Below are positions 19,798-29,201 of a DNA stretch of 64,000 nucleotides, piece after piece. Both the position numbers and the translations under genes were made by a program. This DNA is from Cyclobacteriaceae bacterium (GTDB taxonomy: Bacteria; Bacteroidota; Bacteroidia; Cytophagales; Cyclobacteriaceae), in contig JANQOR010000014.1 of NCBI GenBank assembly GCA_028285685.1, positions 48,287-112,286 on the forward strand, in the 5' to 3' direction. Position 1 is the first letter of the stretch; every line of letters begins with the position of its first letter. Under the pieces are notes generated by a model, which ran no database searches, was not told the origin of the DNA, and was given only the letters and a program-made list of their open reading frames with translations.

Positions 19798-21081
19798 TTA
19801 TTGTCCTAAGTTTTTCAAATCAAATCCTATATCAGCTCGGAATCTTTTCCCTTCCCAATTTACTTCTTCTACACAACTATAGCATTTTCCCAGAGACTCA
19901 GCAAGGTTTTTACCAAGACCCGTCAAGGCCAACACTCTTCCACCGCTAGTTACCAGTTTCTCATCATGGAGGGTCGTGCCGGCATGAAATGGTAGCACCA
20001 TCTTGGTATCTCCAAATGAGATTTCATGCCCTTTCTCATAAAATTCGGGATACCCGCGACTTACCAGGACTACAGTCGCGGCACTATACCGTTCATACTC
20101 AATGTCCATATCTATGAGGTTGCGATCTGCGGTGGCAATCAACAGTTCAAGAAAATCCGTTTTAACTCTTGGCAAGACAACTTGTGTTTCTGGATCACCC
20201 ATCCTTGCATTGTATTCGATGACATAGGGTTCGCCTCCAACATTGATCAGCCCGAAGAAAATAAATCCACAATAGTCGATATTCTCATCTTTAAGGCCTT
20301 TGATTGTAGGTTTGATTACTTTCCGGGTAACTTTTTCCTTAAAGCTTCGATCGGCGAAGATGACAGGAGAAACAGCTCCCATCCCACCAGTATTTGGTCC
20401 TTTATCGTCTTCATGAATACGCTTGTAATCCTTCGCCTCCGGTAAAATCCTAAAATCCTTTCCATCTGTGAGTACAAAAAAAGATACTTCGATACCATTG
20501 AGGAACTCTTCGATCAATACCTTCTCGCTTGCCTTGCCAAATTTTTTCTCAACAAGCAACGCCCTAAGCGTCTTTTTCGCATTGGGTAGTTCTTCTGTAA
20601 TGATCACACCCTTTCCTCCAGCCAAACCATCCGCCTTCAAGACGAATGGTGGTGCTAAACGTTCCAAAAATCGATCTCCTTCATTTATGTTTTCAGCGGT
20701 TACCACCTTTGCCTTTGCTGTTGGGATTTTGTGACGATTCATGAAGTCCTTGGCAAATTGCTTGCTGCCCTCCAGCATCGCTCCCTCTCTTCTTGGACCG
20801 ACAATTTTAAGATTCTTTAGTTCCTTATCTTTTGAAAGAAAATCGACAATCCCATTCACGAGTGGTTCTTCGGGACCCACAACTAGTAGATCGATCTTAT
20901 GCTTCTTTATGGCAGTTGCCACAGTATCAAAATCTTTGAGTTTCAAATCAAGATTGACCGCAATTTTCCCTGTACCTCCATTCCCGGGAGCCACGAAGAT
21001 TTTTCCACATTTCGGGCTTTGTTTTATCTTCCAAGCGAGTGTGTGTTCCCTTCCTCCGGAACCTAGTACGAGTATGTTCAT
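19798..21081 (-). CDS. purD: phosphoribosylamine--glycine ligase
   Basis: MNILVLGSGGREH..AWK start, an ATP-grasp core (VLKADGLAGGKGV, EEFL.G.E.S), and the GGMGA and NARMGDPE motifs. Confidence 0.92.
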   Translation of the reverse strand: MNILVLGSGGREHTLAWKIKQSPKCGKIFVAPGNGGTGKIAVNLDLKLKDFDTVATAIKKHKIDLLVVGPEEPLVNGIVDFLSKDKELKNLKIVGPRREGAMLEGSKQFAKDFMNRHKIPTAKAKVVTAENINEGDRFLERLAPPFVLKADGLAGGKGVIITEELPNAKKTLRALLVEKKFGKASEKVLIEEFLNGIEVSFFVLTDGKDFRILPEAKDYKRIHEDDKGPNTGGMGAVSPVIFADRSFKEKVTRKVIKPTIKGLKDENIDYCGFIFFGLINVGGEPYVIEYNARMGDPETQVVLPRVKTDFLELLIATADRNLIDMDIEYERYSAATVVLVSRGYPEFYEKGHEISFGDTKMVLPFHAGTTLHDEKLVTSGGRVLALTGLGKNLAESLGKCYSCVEEVNWEGKRFRADIGFDLKNLGQ

Positions 21082-21205
21082 CTAAATTTTGTCGTCGTTT
21101 TTGCTATGATTAACAGCGGTAGTTGAAAAACTAAAATTAACACGAATAATTATTGTTGTGATGATTGATTGAAACTCATTCGACAATCAATGTTGAGGGT
21201 TGAGA

Positions 21206-23392
21206 CTAGTGCGCGTACTCAGACATAAACTTTATTCTCATCAGCCTTACTTCATCTTCAGAATAGTCATCTTTTAGTTCTTCCATTGCCTCTTCCATAC
21301 TATCTGTTTCAGCGTTGAGAAAGTAGTCATAGATATCATCTTGTCTATCATCATCCATGAGCTGATCGATGTAGTAGTCGATGTTGAGCTTCGTACCCGA
21401 GTAGCAAATGTTCTCGACTTCATTGATTACTTCCTCGTAGGTCATGCCTCTGGCATCAGCGATCTCCTCAAAGTCCATCATCTGATCGATGTGCTGAATA
21501 ATATAGATTTTGTTTTTGGACTTGGAACCGGATGACTTTACCAAGACGTCAGAGGCAGTAATAATGTCATTCTCCTCGACATATTCCTCGATCAGCTCGA
21601 GGAATGGTGCACCAAATTTCTTTGCCTTGCTTTCTCCGACTCCAACGATCTGCTTAAGGTCGTCCATCGTGGTTGGGTAGAGCGTTGACATCTCTTCCAT
21701 TGATGGGTCGCTGAAAATAACGTATGGCGGAATATCCTCTCGATGAGCAATGTCTCTTCTCAACGCCTTAAGCATATCAAAGAGCGTTTTATCAAAAGCC
21801 GAAACATTGACCTGGGCCCTCTCCGACTCCTCCTCTTCGCCGTCCGAGGTGAATTCATGATCCTTTGACAACATAAACGGGTACGGCTTCCCTAAGAACT
21901 CCACGCCCTTTTTGGAGGCTCTAAATACCGCTGGGTTCTCAACATCCTTTTTTATGAACTCATTTAGCAATGTTTGCCTGATCACAGACCTCCAGAAAAA
22001 CTCATCTTCATTTATCTCTTTTCCCCTACTAAAGACGTCCAGCTTGTCATGGCCATAACTTTTCACATGATCGGTGTCTTTTCCAGCTAACAGGCTGGAG
22101 ATGTGATCGATGCCAAATCTCTCCTCCGTCTGCTGTACGGCACTTATCACCAGCTGTATCATTTCCTGCCCTTCATACTGTTCTTTGGGGTGAACGCAAT
22201 TGTCACACTTACCACAGTTTTCAACAACGTACTCTTCTCCAAAGTAGTGAAGTAGCTGTTTCCGCCTACAGACTGCCGAGTCCGCATAGGCTGCCATTTC
22301 CTCCAACAAGAATTTAGCATTTTCTCTTTCTGTTACAGCCTTGTCCTTGTTGAATTTCTCCAACTTCAAGATGTCGTTGTAGGAGTAGAACATCACGCAA
22401 TGGCTGTCTATGCCATCGCGTCCCGCTCTGCCAGTTTCCTGGTAATATCCTTCTATAGACTTAGGTGCATCATAGTGGACAACAAACCTCACATCAGGCT
22501 TATCGATACCCATGCCAAATGCGATTGTAGCAACAATTACATCGGTGTCTTCATTGAGGAATGCATCTTGATTTTTCATCCTCACCTTCGATTCTAGCCC
22601 CGCATGGTAGGGCTCAGCCCTGAAGCCATTTACCTTCAAAAAATTCGCAATTTCCTCGACCTTCTTTCTACTCAGGCAGTATATTATTCCTGATTCACCT
22701 TTATGGTCCTTTAGAAATTTGATTAGGTGCTTCTTGGCCTCCTTCTTCTGGCGCACCTCATAGTAAAGATTTGACCTGTTGAACGATGACTTGAATAGCT
22801 TTGCATTGTCCATCGCCAAGTTCTTCTGGACATCCAGTTGAACCTTAGGAGTGGCTGTTGCTGTTAGCGCTATCATTGGAATATCTCCCAGTCGCCCAAT
22901 AATATCTTTTATTCGTCTGTATTCTGGCCGGAAATCGTGACCCCACTCTGAGATACAATGCGCCTCGTCAATGGCGGCAAAAGAAATCTTTGCCTGTTTC
23001 AAAAATTCTACATTCTCCTCTTTGGTCAAGGACTCTGGCGCCACATATAGCAGCTTCACCACACCACCGATTGTATCTTTTTTGACCTTATTGCTTTCGG
23101 ACTTGGAAAGGGTCGAATTAAGAAATCTTGCATTGATTCCGACAGCGTTCATTTGGTCCACCTGGTTCTTCATCAGCGCAATAAGTGGTGAGATGACAAT
23201 GGCAGTTCCGTCCTGGACTATGGCCGGCAGTTGATAACATAGGGACTTCCCAGCACCGGTTGGCATGATGACAAACGTGTTGTTTTTCTCCAGTATATGA
23301 TTGATAATCTCTTCCTGTGTTCCACGGAAAGTATCATAGCCGAATACACGCTTCAAACTATCCTTCAGACTGAGCTCTAAAGTTGCTTCCAT
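21206..23392 (-). CDS. recQ: ATP-dependent DNA helicase RecQ
   Basis: FGYD.FRG.Q, MPTGAGKSLCYQ, DEAHCISEWGHDFRPEY and TATA motifs. A Zn-binding CRR...YFGE....CG.CDNC block, RQC and HRDC regions are present, plus an acidic C-terminal extension. Confidence 0.92.
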   Translation of the reverse strand: MEATLELSLKDSLKRVFGYDTFRGTQEEIINHILEKNNTFVIMPTGAGKSLCYQLPAIVQDGTAIVISPLIALMKNQVDQMNAVGINARFLNSTLSKSESNKVKKDTIGGVVKLLYVAPESLTKEENVEFLKQAKISFAAIDEAHCISEWGHDFRPEYRRIKDIIGRLGDIPMIALTATATPKVQLDVQKNLAMDNAKLFKSSFNRSNLYYEVRQKKEAKKHLIKFLKDHKGESGIIYCLSRKKVEEIANFLKVNGFRAEPYHAGLESKVRMKNQDAFLNEDTDVIVATIAFGMGIDKPDVRFVVHYDAPKSIEGYYQETGRAGRDGIDSHCVMFYSYNDILKLEKFNKDKAVTERENAKFLLEEMAAYADSAVCRRKQLLHYFGEEYVVENCGKCDNCVHPKEQYEGQEMIQLVISAVQQTEERFGIDHISSLLAGKDTDHVKSYGHDKLDVFSRGKEINEDEFFWRSVIRQTLLNEFIKKDVENPAVFRASKKGVEFLGKPYPFMLSKDHEFTSDGEEEESERAQVNVSAFDKTLFDMLKALRRDIAHREDIPPYVIFSDPSMEEMSTLYPTTMDDLKQIVGVGESKAKKFGAPFLELIEEYVEENDIITASDVLVKSSGSKSKNKIYIIQHIDQMMDFEEIADARGMTYEEVINEVENICYSGTKLNIDYYIDQLMDDDRQDDIYDYFLNAETDSMEEAMEELKDDYSEDEVRLMRIKFMSEYAH

Positions 23393-23533
23393 TGTTGGGT
23401 TGATGTAAAAGGAATTTAATTAAAATCTATTTTTCAAACAAATAATTCAACGCCCGCAAACTTGTTATTCCAACGCCTTCGATATGGGTATATTTGCCGA
23501 ATATATACGTTTTAAGCGATTTTCATCACTTTT

Positions 23534-24610
23534 ATGAGCAAAAATCCACATGTGGTCATCATGGCAGGTGGCAGCGGCACCAGGTTCTGGCCCTATAGCA
23601 GGGAAGACAAGCCCAAACAATTTCTAGATGTGGTAGGTACCGGCAGATCGCTTCTTCAGATGACCTTCGATCGATTCACCGAAATGACAGATGCCGATAA
23701 GATTTGGGTTGTAACGAACGAAAAATACAATGCACTGGTGAAAGAGCAACTTCCTGAGCTTGGGTATGATCAGATTTTACTTGAGCCTGAAAAGAGAAAT
23801 ACTGCACCTTGTATTGCCTATGCTGCATACAAGATATTAAAGCAAGATCCGGCTGCATCTATGATCGTCACACCATCCGATCACGCCATCTTCAAGGAAA
23901 GAGAATTTCGTAAGGTGATAAAGACTGCATTAAAAGATGCCTCGAAGGAAGACCACTTAATAACCATCGGAATCCGACCCAACAGACCGGAAACCGGCTA
24001 TGGATACATCCAATACCTAAGTCAACCTGGGTCCTCCGTAAAAAAAGTAAAGACCTTTACAGAAAAACCGCAGGCGGATCTGGCCAAGAAATTCCTTGAG
24101 AGTGGAGATTTTCTTTGGAACTCTGGGATCTTCATTTGGTCCGTAGATGCTATCATAAGGGCCTTCGAGACGCACGATGAGGAAATCGCCTCACTTTTCG
24201 CTTCAGGATTGAACGAGTACTTTACCAAAGGAGAGGACAAATTCATCAAGAAGACGTACAGTCATTGCAAAAGCATCTCGATCGATTATGCCATTATGGA
24301 AAAAGCGGAAAACGTCTATGTTGTTCCAGGAGATTTTGGATGGTCCGACCTGGGATCATGGAATGCACTGCATGAAATTAGAGAAAAAGATGGTGATGAT
24401 AATGTGGTTGAGGGATCTGCAATAATGTATAAAAGTAAAAATAACTTCATCAAGGGTAAGAAAGACAAGCTGATCCTGGCTCACGACATGGAGGGCTATC
24501 TGGTCGCAGATTTTGATGACGTACTGCTCATTTGCAAAAAAGAAGATTCCACCCTTTTTAAGGATTTTATTGCTGATGCCAAGGCATTTAGTGGCAAAAA
24601 GTTGACTTAG
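23534..24610 (+). CDS. mannose-1-phosphate guanylyltransferase (nucleotidyltransferase only, no isomerase domain)
   Basis: VIMAGGSGTRFWPYSR pyrophosphorylase signature, plus the EPEKRNTAP, PSDH, GYGYI, EKP and WNSGIF blocks. Confidence 0.85.
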   Translation: MSKNPHVVIMAGGSGTRFWPYSREDKPKQFLDVVGTGRSLLQMTFDRFTEMTDADKIWVVTNEKYNALVKEQLPELGYDQILLEPEKRNTAPCIAYAAYKILKQDPAASMIVTPSDHAIFKEREFRKVIKTALKDASKEDHLITIGIRPNRPETGYGYIQYLSQPGSSVKKVKTFTEKPQADLAKKFLESGDFLWNSGIFIWSVDAIIRAFETHDEEIASLFASGLNEYFTKGEDKFIKKTYSHCKSISIDYAIMEKAENVYVVPGDFGWSDLGSWNALHEIREKDGDDNVVEGSAIMYKSKNNFIKGKKDKLILAHDMEGYLVADFDDVLLICKKEDSTLFKDFIADAKAFSGKKLT

Positions 24611-24614
24611 AGCA

Positions 24615-25352
24615 TCAAGCCCTTTGACGATTTACCTCATACAAAATCATCCCTGCCGCTACAGAAACATTCAGAGATTCAATTTTTCCCGACAATGAAA
24701 TCTTGCAGGCTTGATCTGACCGAGAAATTAATTCCTCTGAAATTCCATTTTCCTCCGAGCCCATAATTATGGCAGTCGGAGATGCAAAGTCCATTTGTTG
24801 AATTACGTCTGTACTTTTCTCCGTGCAAGAAACGATGCTAACACCAGAATCCTTAAGAAAATCCACTACCTCTAGTAGGCTCTTTTCCCTACAGACAGGT
24901 ATATAGTTTAAAGCTCCCGCCGAGGTTTTGATTGCATCTTCATTTACCTGTGCTCCGCCCCTGGTAGGTATCACTATGCCATGAACACCCATGCACTCAG
25001 CGGTTCTCGCAATTGCTCCAAAATTTCTCACATCGGTGATCTCATCCAGCAAAAGAAGCAGTGGAACATTGCCTTGCTCATACAATTGCGGCACCAAGTG
25101 TTCAAGGTTGGTATACTGAATCGGTGAGATTAGTGCAACCACCCCCTGGTGGTTCTTTTTTGTGAATCTGTTGATACGTTCGACAGGGACTTTGGAAATC
25201 GGAGTTTTGGATTGATGTATTTCGTACATCAACTCCTTGATAAGATCTCCTTTCAGACTTTTTTGGATAAAAATCCTCTCCAGGTGCTGCCCGGATTTCA
25301 GGGCTTCAACAACAACCCGTATTCCATAAATGAGATTTTGTTTTTTATTCAT
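24615..25352 (-). CDS. rlmB: 23S rRNA (guanosine-2'-O)-methyltransferase RlmB (SpoU/TrmH family)
   Basis: N-terminal SpoU substrate-binding region (IYGI..V.EAL). The SPOUT motifs are DEITDVRNFGAI.RTAE, IMGSEENGIS and SLNVSVAAG. Confidence 0.8.
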   Translation of the reverse strand: MNKKQNLIYGIRVVVEALKSGQHLERIFIQKSLKGDLIKELMYEIHQSKTPISKVPVERINRFTKKNHQGVVALISPIQYTNLEHLVPQLYEQGNVPLLLLLDEITDVRNFGAIARTAECMGVHGIVIPTRGGAQVNEDAIKTSAGALNYIPVCREKSLLEVVDFLKDSGVSIVSCTEKSTDVIQQMDFASPTAIIMGSEENGISEELISRSDQACKISLSGKIESLNVSVAAGMILYEVNRQRA

Positions 25353-26496
25353 TAGTGCCCCTGCGCATTGCAGCTATGAATTCAAACCATGATTGTCGAA
25401 GTTCAAGGCTTCTTCTCAGTGCATAGGTCTCCGGTGAAAAGAAAGTAGAGATCACCGTGTACTCGAAAGAAGGACCTTCGTCGTAGTACCATTCTTCCTC
25501 ATTTTCCGTTCTGTACACTTCGTCGGGTGCTCCATAAACGACATAGATCATTCCCCTGTCCGTCTTCCAACCCTGCTTAAAATCGGTAAAGCGTTTGTTT
25601 GCCTGTTCAATCCAATTAAAATAGTTCCGGATGGCATTTCGAGCTCGGAACTTTGAGGTATACGTTTTGATCCAGAAGGAATCAAAGGACTCCTTTAGAT
25701 TTCTGGAGTTTCTCAGCCCTTTTCTTTCCGGGTCATTCAGGATATAGTGCATGGAAGCAACCAACTCTCCCAAAAGCTTAAATTCAGGATAATATGGAGC
25801 TGCCTTCAGGATAGTTACTCCCGTCACGGCATTTGAGTCCGCTCGAACCACGTAGAGATTGTTGTCCGTAAATGTTACCGAATCCGCGAAGTGAAAGATA
25901 GAATCGGGCAGTATGGAAGGAGCTAACGGCCTCATATCTCCCATGGGCGGATGGGCAGGATCTGAATCCTCCACGTACTCCGTTACATAGAAGTCATCCG
26001 CTCCCAGCCAACTAAAATTTGCGGAATTGAGATATGTTTCAAAAACTGGCAAACCGTCACCATCAACCAGGAGAATAGGTGAGTAAGGTACCGAGCCATT
26101 CTTCAGTCGAATGTCATAGTAGTAGAAAGCGCCATCTCTGGAAATTTTTGCAACCATCAAATTTTCCTCTGGTTTTACGAAATCAAGCTTTACAATAAAA
26201 CTATCTGAAGTGGTATTGAGTGTGTCTAGACTGAATGAACTGAATTTTTTATGTGCTTCTGATCCATAATTTGATTGAATCAAATATTCAATTTTCCAAT
26301 CCGGAGAAGTGCTGTATCGAAAACGTATAAAGACGGACAAAGAATCACCTTTTTGAACGACGCGATCCTGAACTTGAATCTCAGCAGACGGATCATACTG
26401 CCAGGAAATATTAAGCCTGGAAAAGTCGATTGCACTCGCCGAGAATACGTACAACACAACCAAACAAAAAACGATGAATTTCTTAGCCATCATCAA
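25345..26496 (-). CDS. GWxTD domain-containing protein
   Basis: Signal peptide. The C-terminal signature is GWKTDRGMIYVVYGAPDEV....EEWYY. Confidence 0.8.
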   Translation of the reverse strand: MMMAKKFIVFCLVVLYVFSASAIDFSRLNISWQYDPSAEIQVQDRVVQKGDSLSVFIRFRYSTSPDWKIEYLIQSNYGSEAHKKFSSFSLDTLNTTSDSFIVKLDFVKPEENLMVAKISRDGAFYYYDIRLKNGSVPYSPILLVDGDGLPVFETYLNSANFSWLGADDFYVTEYVEDSDPAHPPMGDMRPLAPSILPDSIFHFADSVTFTDNNLYVVRADSNAVTGVTILKAAPYYPEFKLLGELVASMHYILNDPERKGLRNSRNLKESFDSFWIKTYTSKFRARNAIRNYFNWIEQANKRFTDFKQGWKTDRGMIYVVYGAPDEVYRTENEEEWYYDEGPSFEYTVISTFFSPETYALRRSLELRQSWFEFIAAMRRGTNE

Positions 26497-26551
26497 ACCC
26501 CAAATTAGTTAAATAATTGATTTCTTTGCATTGAGAATCAGCAGATAATCC

Positions 26552-27322
26552 ATGGGCGTATACACAACAGAAATTGCTTCTGACAAAATTCCATCTGACA
26601 ATCCCATCCACCAGCGTTTATTAAAAGCTTACTATGCCGCAAACCCTTACATAAAGGGGGATCTATTGGAGCTGGGATGTGGAGAAGGGCGCGGAGTTGA
26701 GCTTCTAGCTCCGTTAGCCGATTCCTACACGGGTATTGACAAAATAAAGAGTATAACAGATACGCTCTCTCAAAAATATCCCACATATAAATTTTCGGAC
26801 GGAGTATTTCCGCCATTTCCTTATGAAGACAATTCCTTTCAGACCATTATTACTTTTCAGGTGATCGAACACGTTAAGGAGGACGAAGAGTTTATCAAGG
26901 AAATTCACCGCGTACTAAAAGAAGGTGGTAAAGCTCTGATTACCACTCCTAATATCAAAATGACTCTTTCAAGAAATCCCTGGCATGAACGGGAATATAC
27001 GGCGGATCAGCTTGAAGAAATGTGTTCGAAGTACTTCACAAATGTCGAAATGAAAGGTATCGCTGGCAACGAGAAAGTTATGGAATATTACCATCAAAAT
27101 AAGGCTTCCGTGGATAGGATAATGCGATTCGACATTTTCAATTTACAATATCGTTTGCCAGCATCAGTGCTAAAGGTACCTTATGATTTTATGAACAGAA
27201 GAAATCGAAATAGCTTAAAAAACTCAGATGACAAACTTGTGAGATCGATCACCCAGGAAGATTATTTGTTGAAGGAAAAAGATGAACAAAATCTTGACTT
27301 GTTTTGTATTCTAACGAAGTAG
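26552..27322 (+). CDS. class I SAM-dependent methyltransferase
   Basis: Motif I LLELGCGEGRG, motif II F.TIITFQVIEH and motif III LKEGGKALITTPN. Confidence 0.8.
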   Translation: MGVYTTEIASDKIPSDNPIHQRLLKAYYAANPYIKGDLLELGCGEGRGVELLAPLADSYTGIDKIKSITDTLSQKYPTYKFSDGVFPPFPYEDNSFQTIITFQVIEHVKEDEEFIKEIHRVLKEGGKALITTPNIKMTLSRNPWHEREYTADQLEEMCSKYFTNVEMKGIAGNEKVMEYYHQNKASVDRIMRFDIFNLQYRLPASVLKVPYDFMNRRNRNSLKNSDDKLVRSITQEDYLLKEKDEQNLDLFCILTK

Positions 27323-27408
27323 AAACGCCTCAGCAAAAGCAGACAAACCTATGATCAGGGAAATAAAATGGAAAAGTCACCGTCTTAGTTAGGAATAATT
27401 AAATCGAT

Positions 27409-27909
27409 ATGATTATCGGACTGAAATACAAAACTCACGCATCGTTCTTTCTGTTTCTTTTGATCTCCGTCTTCTTGTTGGCTCCAACCGAGGCTCAAAA
27501 AAAGAAGAAAAAAAAGAAGAAGCAGAGGATTGAAACCGCCATTGCTACTGCTAGATCATATATAGGTACTCCCTATAAGTGGGGCGGAATGAACAAAAGT
27601 GGCATTGACTGTTCCGGATTGATCCACAATTCATATAAGACAATTGGTATTAAACTCCCGCGGACAGCAAAAGAGCAATCTAAAGTTGGGAAGAAGAGAG
27701 GGTGGGATGGCATAAAAAAAGGTGATATCGTCTTTTTCAAGTTCAAGCAAAAAGGAAGCCGGTGGTGGCATACCGGAATGATAACCCACGTTAGCAAAGA
27801 CCGAATCAATTTCATTCATGCCTCATCCAGTCGAGGTGTCATTGAATCCAATTTGATGAGTGATTATTACAGGAAGAATGTGAAGAACTTTAGAAGGGTA
27901 ATTAGATAA
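27409..27909 (+). CDS. NlpC/P60 (C40) family cell-wall peptidase
   Basis: Signal peptide followed by a poly-Lys linker. GTPYKWGG.....GIDCSGL carries the catalytic Cys. A downstream H is present (WWHTGMITHV). Confidence 0.85.
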   Translation: MIIGLKYKTHASFFLFLLISVFLLAPTEAQKKKKKKKKQRIETAIATARSYIGTPYKWGGMNKSGIDCSGLIHNSYKTIGIKLPRTAKEQSKVGKKRGWDGIKKGDIVFFKFKQKGSRWWHTGMITHVSKDRINFIHASSSRGVIESNLMSDYYRKNVKNFRRVIR

Positions 27910-27924
27910 AGTGTAAGCTGTTCA

Positions 27925-28042
27925 TTTCGACCGGAATGATGTTTCACACGGCGACCAAAGTCTCACATAAAAGAGCCCTGAAGTGAAAAAGTGGAGCTAG
28001 GCGGATTCGATCGGTGCGACGTTTCGCACGGCGGCCTACTGC
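27925..28042. repeat. two degenerate copies of the 3' half of the adjacent tRNA-Ala gene, each with a ~17-nt insertion in the T-loop
   Basis: 27988..28010 (aaagtggagctaggcggattcga) matches 28071..28093 (the tRNA 3' end plus 4 flanking nt) at 22 of 23 positions. The match is then interrupted by an insert containing a perfect hairpin, gtgcga-cgtt-tcgcac (28014..28029), before resuming with cggcggcc. A more eroded copy lies at 27925..27956. Confidence 0.7.
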
Positions 28043-28074
28043 TCGCTCAATGATTCCCATTGACAAACAGAAAG

Positions 28075-28148
28075 TGGAGCTAGCCGGATTCGAACCGGCG
28101 GCCTCTACACTGCCAGTGTAGCGCTCTAGCCAACTGAGCTATAGCCCC
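28075..28148 (-). tRNA. tRNA-Ala (anticodon GGC)
   Basis: The reverse complement folds as a 74-nt cloverleaf: GGGGCTA TA GCTC AGTTGGCTA GAGC G CTACA CTGGCAG TGTAG AGGCC GCCGG TTCGAAT CCGGC TAGCTCC A. It has the G3:U70 Ala identity pair. CCA is not encoded. Confidence 0.95.
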
Positions 28149-28170
28149 GAGGACGGCAAATATATATCGA

Positions 28171-28788
28171 ATGTTCTTAGGAAAAGTAGCTTTCACGACT
28201 CTCTCTCAGGGTTTAGGTAATTCTTTTGATACTAACCAGTTAGTGAAAAGGATCATTACCATTTTCCTAAACTTTTGGGTTATAAATGCAGTGGCTCAAA
28301 AAGTAGAATTATCCGATAATCAACTAAACATTAATCTGATCGCACCATCATTTTCATATGAAAGAAAATTAGCTGACAACGAGTCAATATCATTGGCTGG
28401 AGGAGTGGGATTTACACACGTAACAAAAAAGGATTTTTCCGGAAGAACCACGGCTAAACTTTTCGTGGTTCCGATGGTCTATTCGACCTACAGAACCTAC
28501 TATAAAAGAAGAAGGATTAGGAAAGATAATCTTATGAACAATTCAGGAAATTTCCTTGGTTATTTTGGTGGTTATCGATTCAAGGCATTCGGTAGTGACG
28601 ATTTTTCGCCCGTTCTAGAAAGGGGAGAATATTCAATTGGGACCGTCTGGGGTATGCAGCGCAACTACAGAAGCGGTATTCACTTTACACTTAGCATTGG
28701 ACCAGGTCTTGTTGGGGGTCAGGGTGTAAGAGCAAAGTTTAATATGGTTGGTGAGCTTGAGTTTGGCTTCACGATTCTTTCAAGGTAA
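28171..28788 (+). CDS. hypothetical outer-membrane beta-barrel-like protein
   Basis: This ORF has an internal signal-like segment (VKRIITIFLNFWVINAVAQ), so the true start may be the GTG near 28243. It has an alternating aromatic/Gly pattern and a C-terminal ...LEFGFTILSR. Confidence 0.5.
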   Translation: MFLGKVAFTTLSQGLGNSFDTNQLVKRIITIFLNFWVINAVAQKVELSDNQLNINLIAPSFSYERKLADNESISLAGGVGFTHVTKKDFSGRTTAKLFVVPMVYSTYRTYYKRRRIRKDNLMNNSGNFLGYFGGYRFKAFGSDDFSPVLERGEYSIGTVWGMQRNYRSGIHFTLSIGPGLVGGQGVRAKFNMVGELEFGFTILSR

Positions 28789-29172
28789 TTGAAAAAGGTT
28801 TTTGACTTCCGGTGGGACCGTCATTGGTTTGTTATTATCGCGGGAGATGAGACACCAACTGGATGCGGCTTTCACTACAAGCTTATCTTCCCTATATATC
28901 TCCACCACTCGCTCCGAAAAAGGCCCCTTATAGCTCGTTACGAAGGTTCTGACCGACAGCTCATCACCAAGAAAAACTTGTTTTTTATATTCAAGGTGGT
29001 GACTTCTCACCACCCAGTACATCTTGGAGTTAACTTTATCATTGGTTTTCGAAAGCCAGTGCTCTTTTGAGATATCCTGGACCCATTGCAAAAACACCAC
29101 ATTGTTCACGTGCTCAAGCTCGTCCAAATGTTCAGCTTTCACCTTTAGTGATTTTTCGAAGACCTCCATCAT
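28780..29172 (-). CDS. acyl-CoA thioesterase, hotdog fold (4HBT/YbgC-like)
   Basis: About 130 aa, with D.L.HVNNVVFLQW, typical of the 4HBT family. Its 3' end overlaps the upstream convergent gene by 9 nt. Confidence 0.75.
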   Translation of the reverse strand: MMEVFEKSLKVKAEHLDELEHVNNVVFLQWVQDISKEHWLSKTNDKVNSKMYWVVRSHHLEYKKQVFLGDELSVRTFVTSYKGPFSERVVEIYREDKLVVKAASSWCLISRDNNKPMTVPPEVKNLFQLP

Positions 29173-29201
29173 TCTAATATAGAGAGGTATCTTTGATTGA
29201 T

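Noticed and set aside
19303-21085. Plus-strand ORFs of 88-139 aa opposite the PSP1 and purD genes.
   Set aside because: They overlap well-supported genes completely. Their Ser/Pro/Leu-rich translations have no recognisable domains.
27497-27523. A-rich tract (aaaaaaagaagaaaaaaaagaagaagcag) in the NlpC/P60 gene as a slipped-strand phase-variation site.
   Set aside because: The runs are short (7-8 A) and interrupted. They simply encode a poly-Lys linker after the signal peptide. Similar Lys tracts occur in other genes here.
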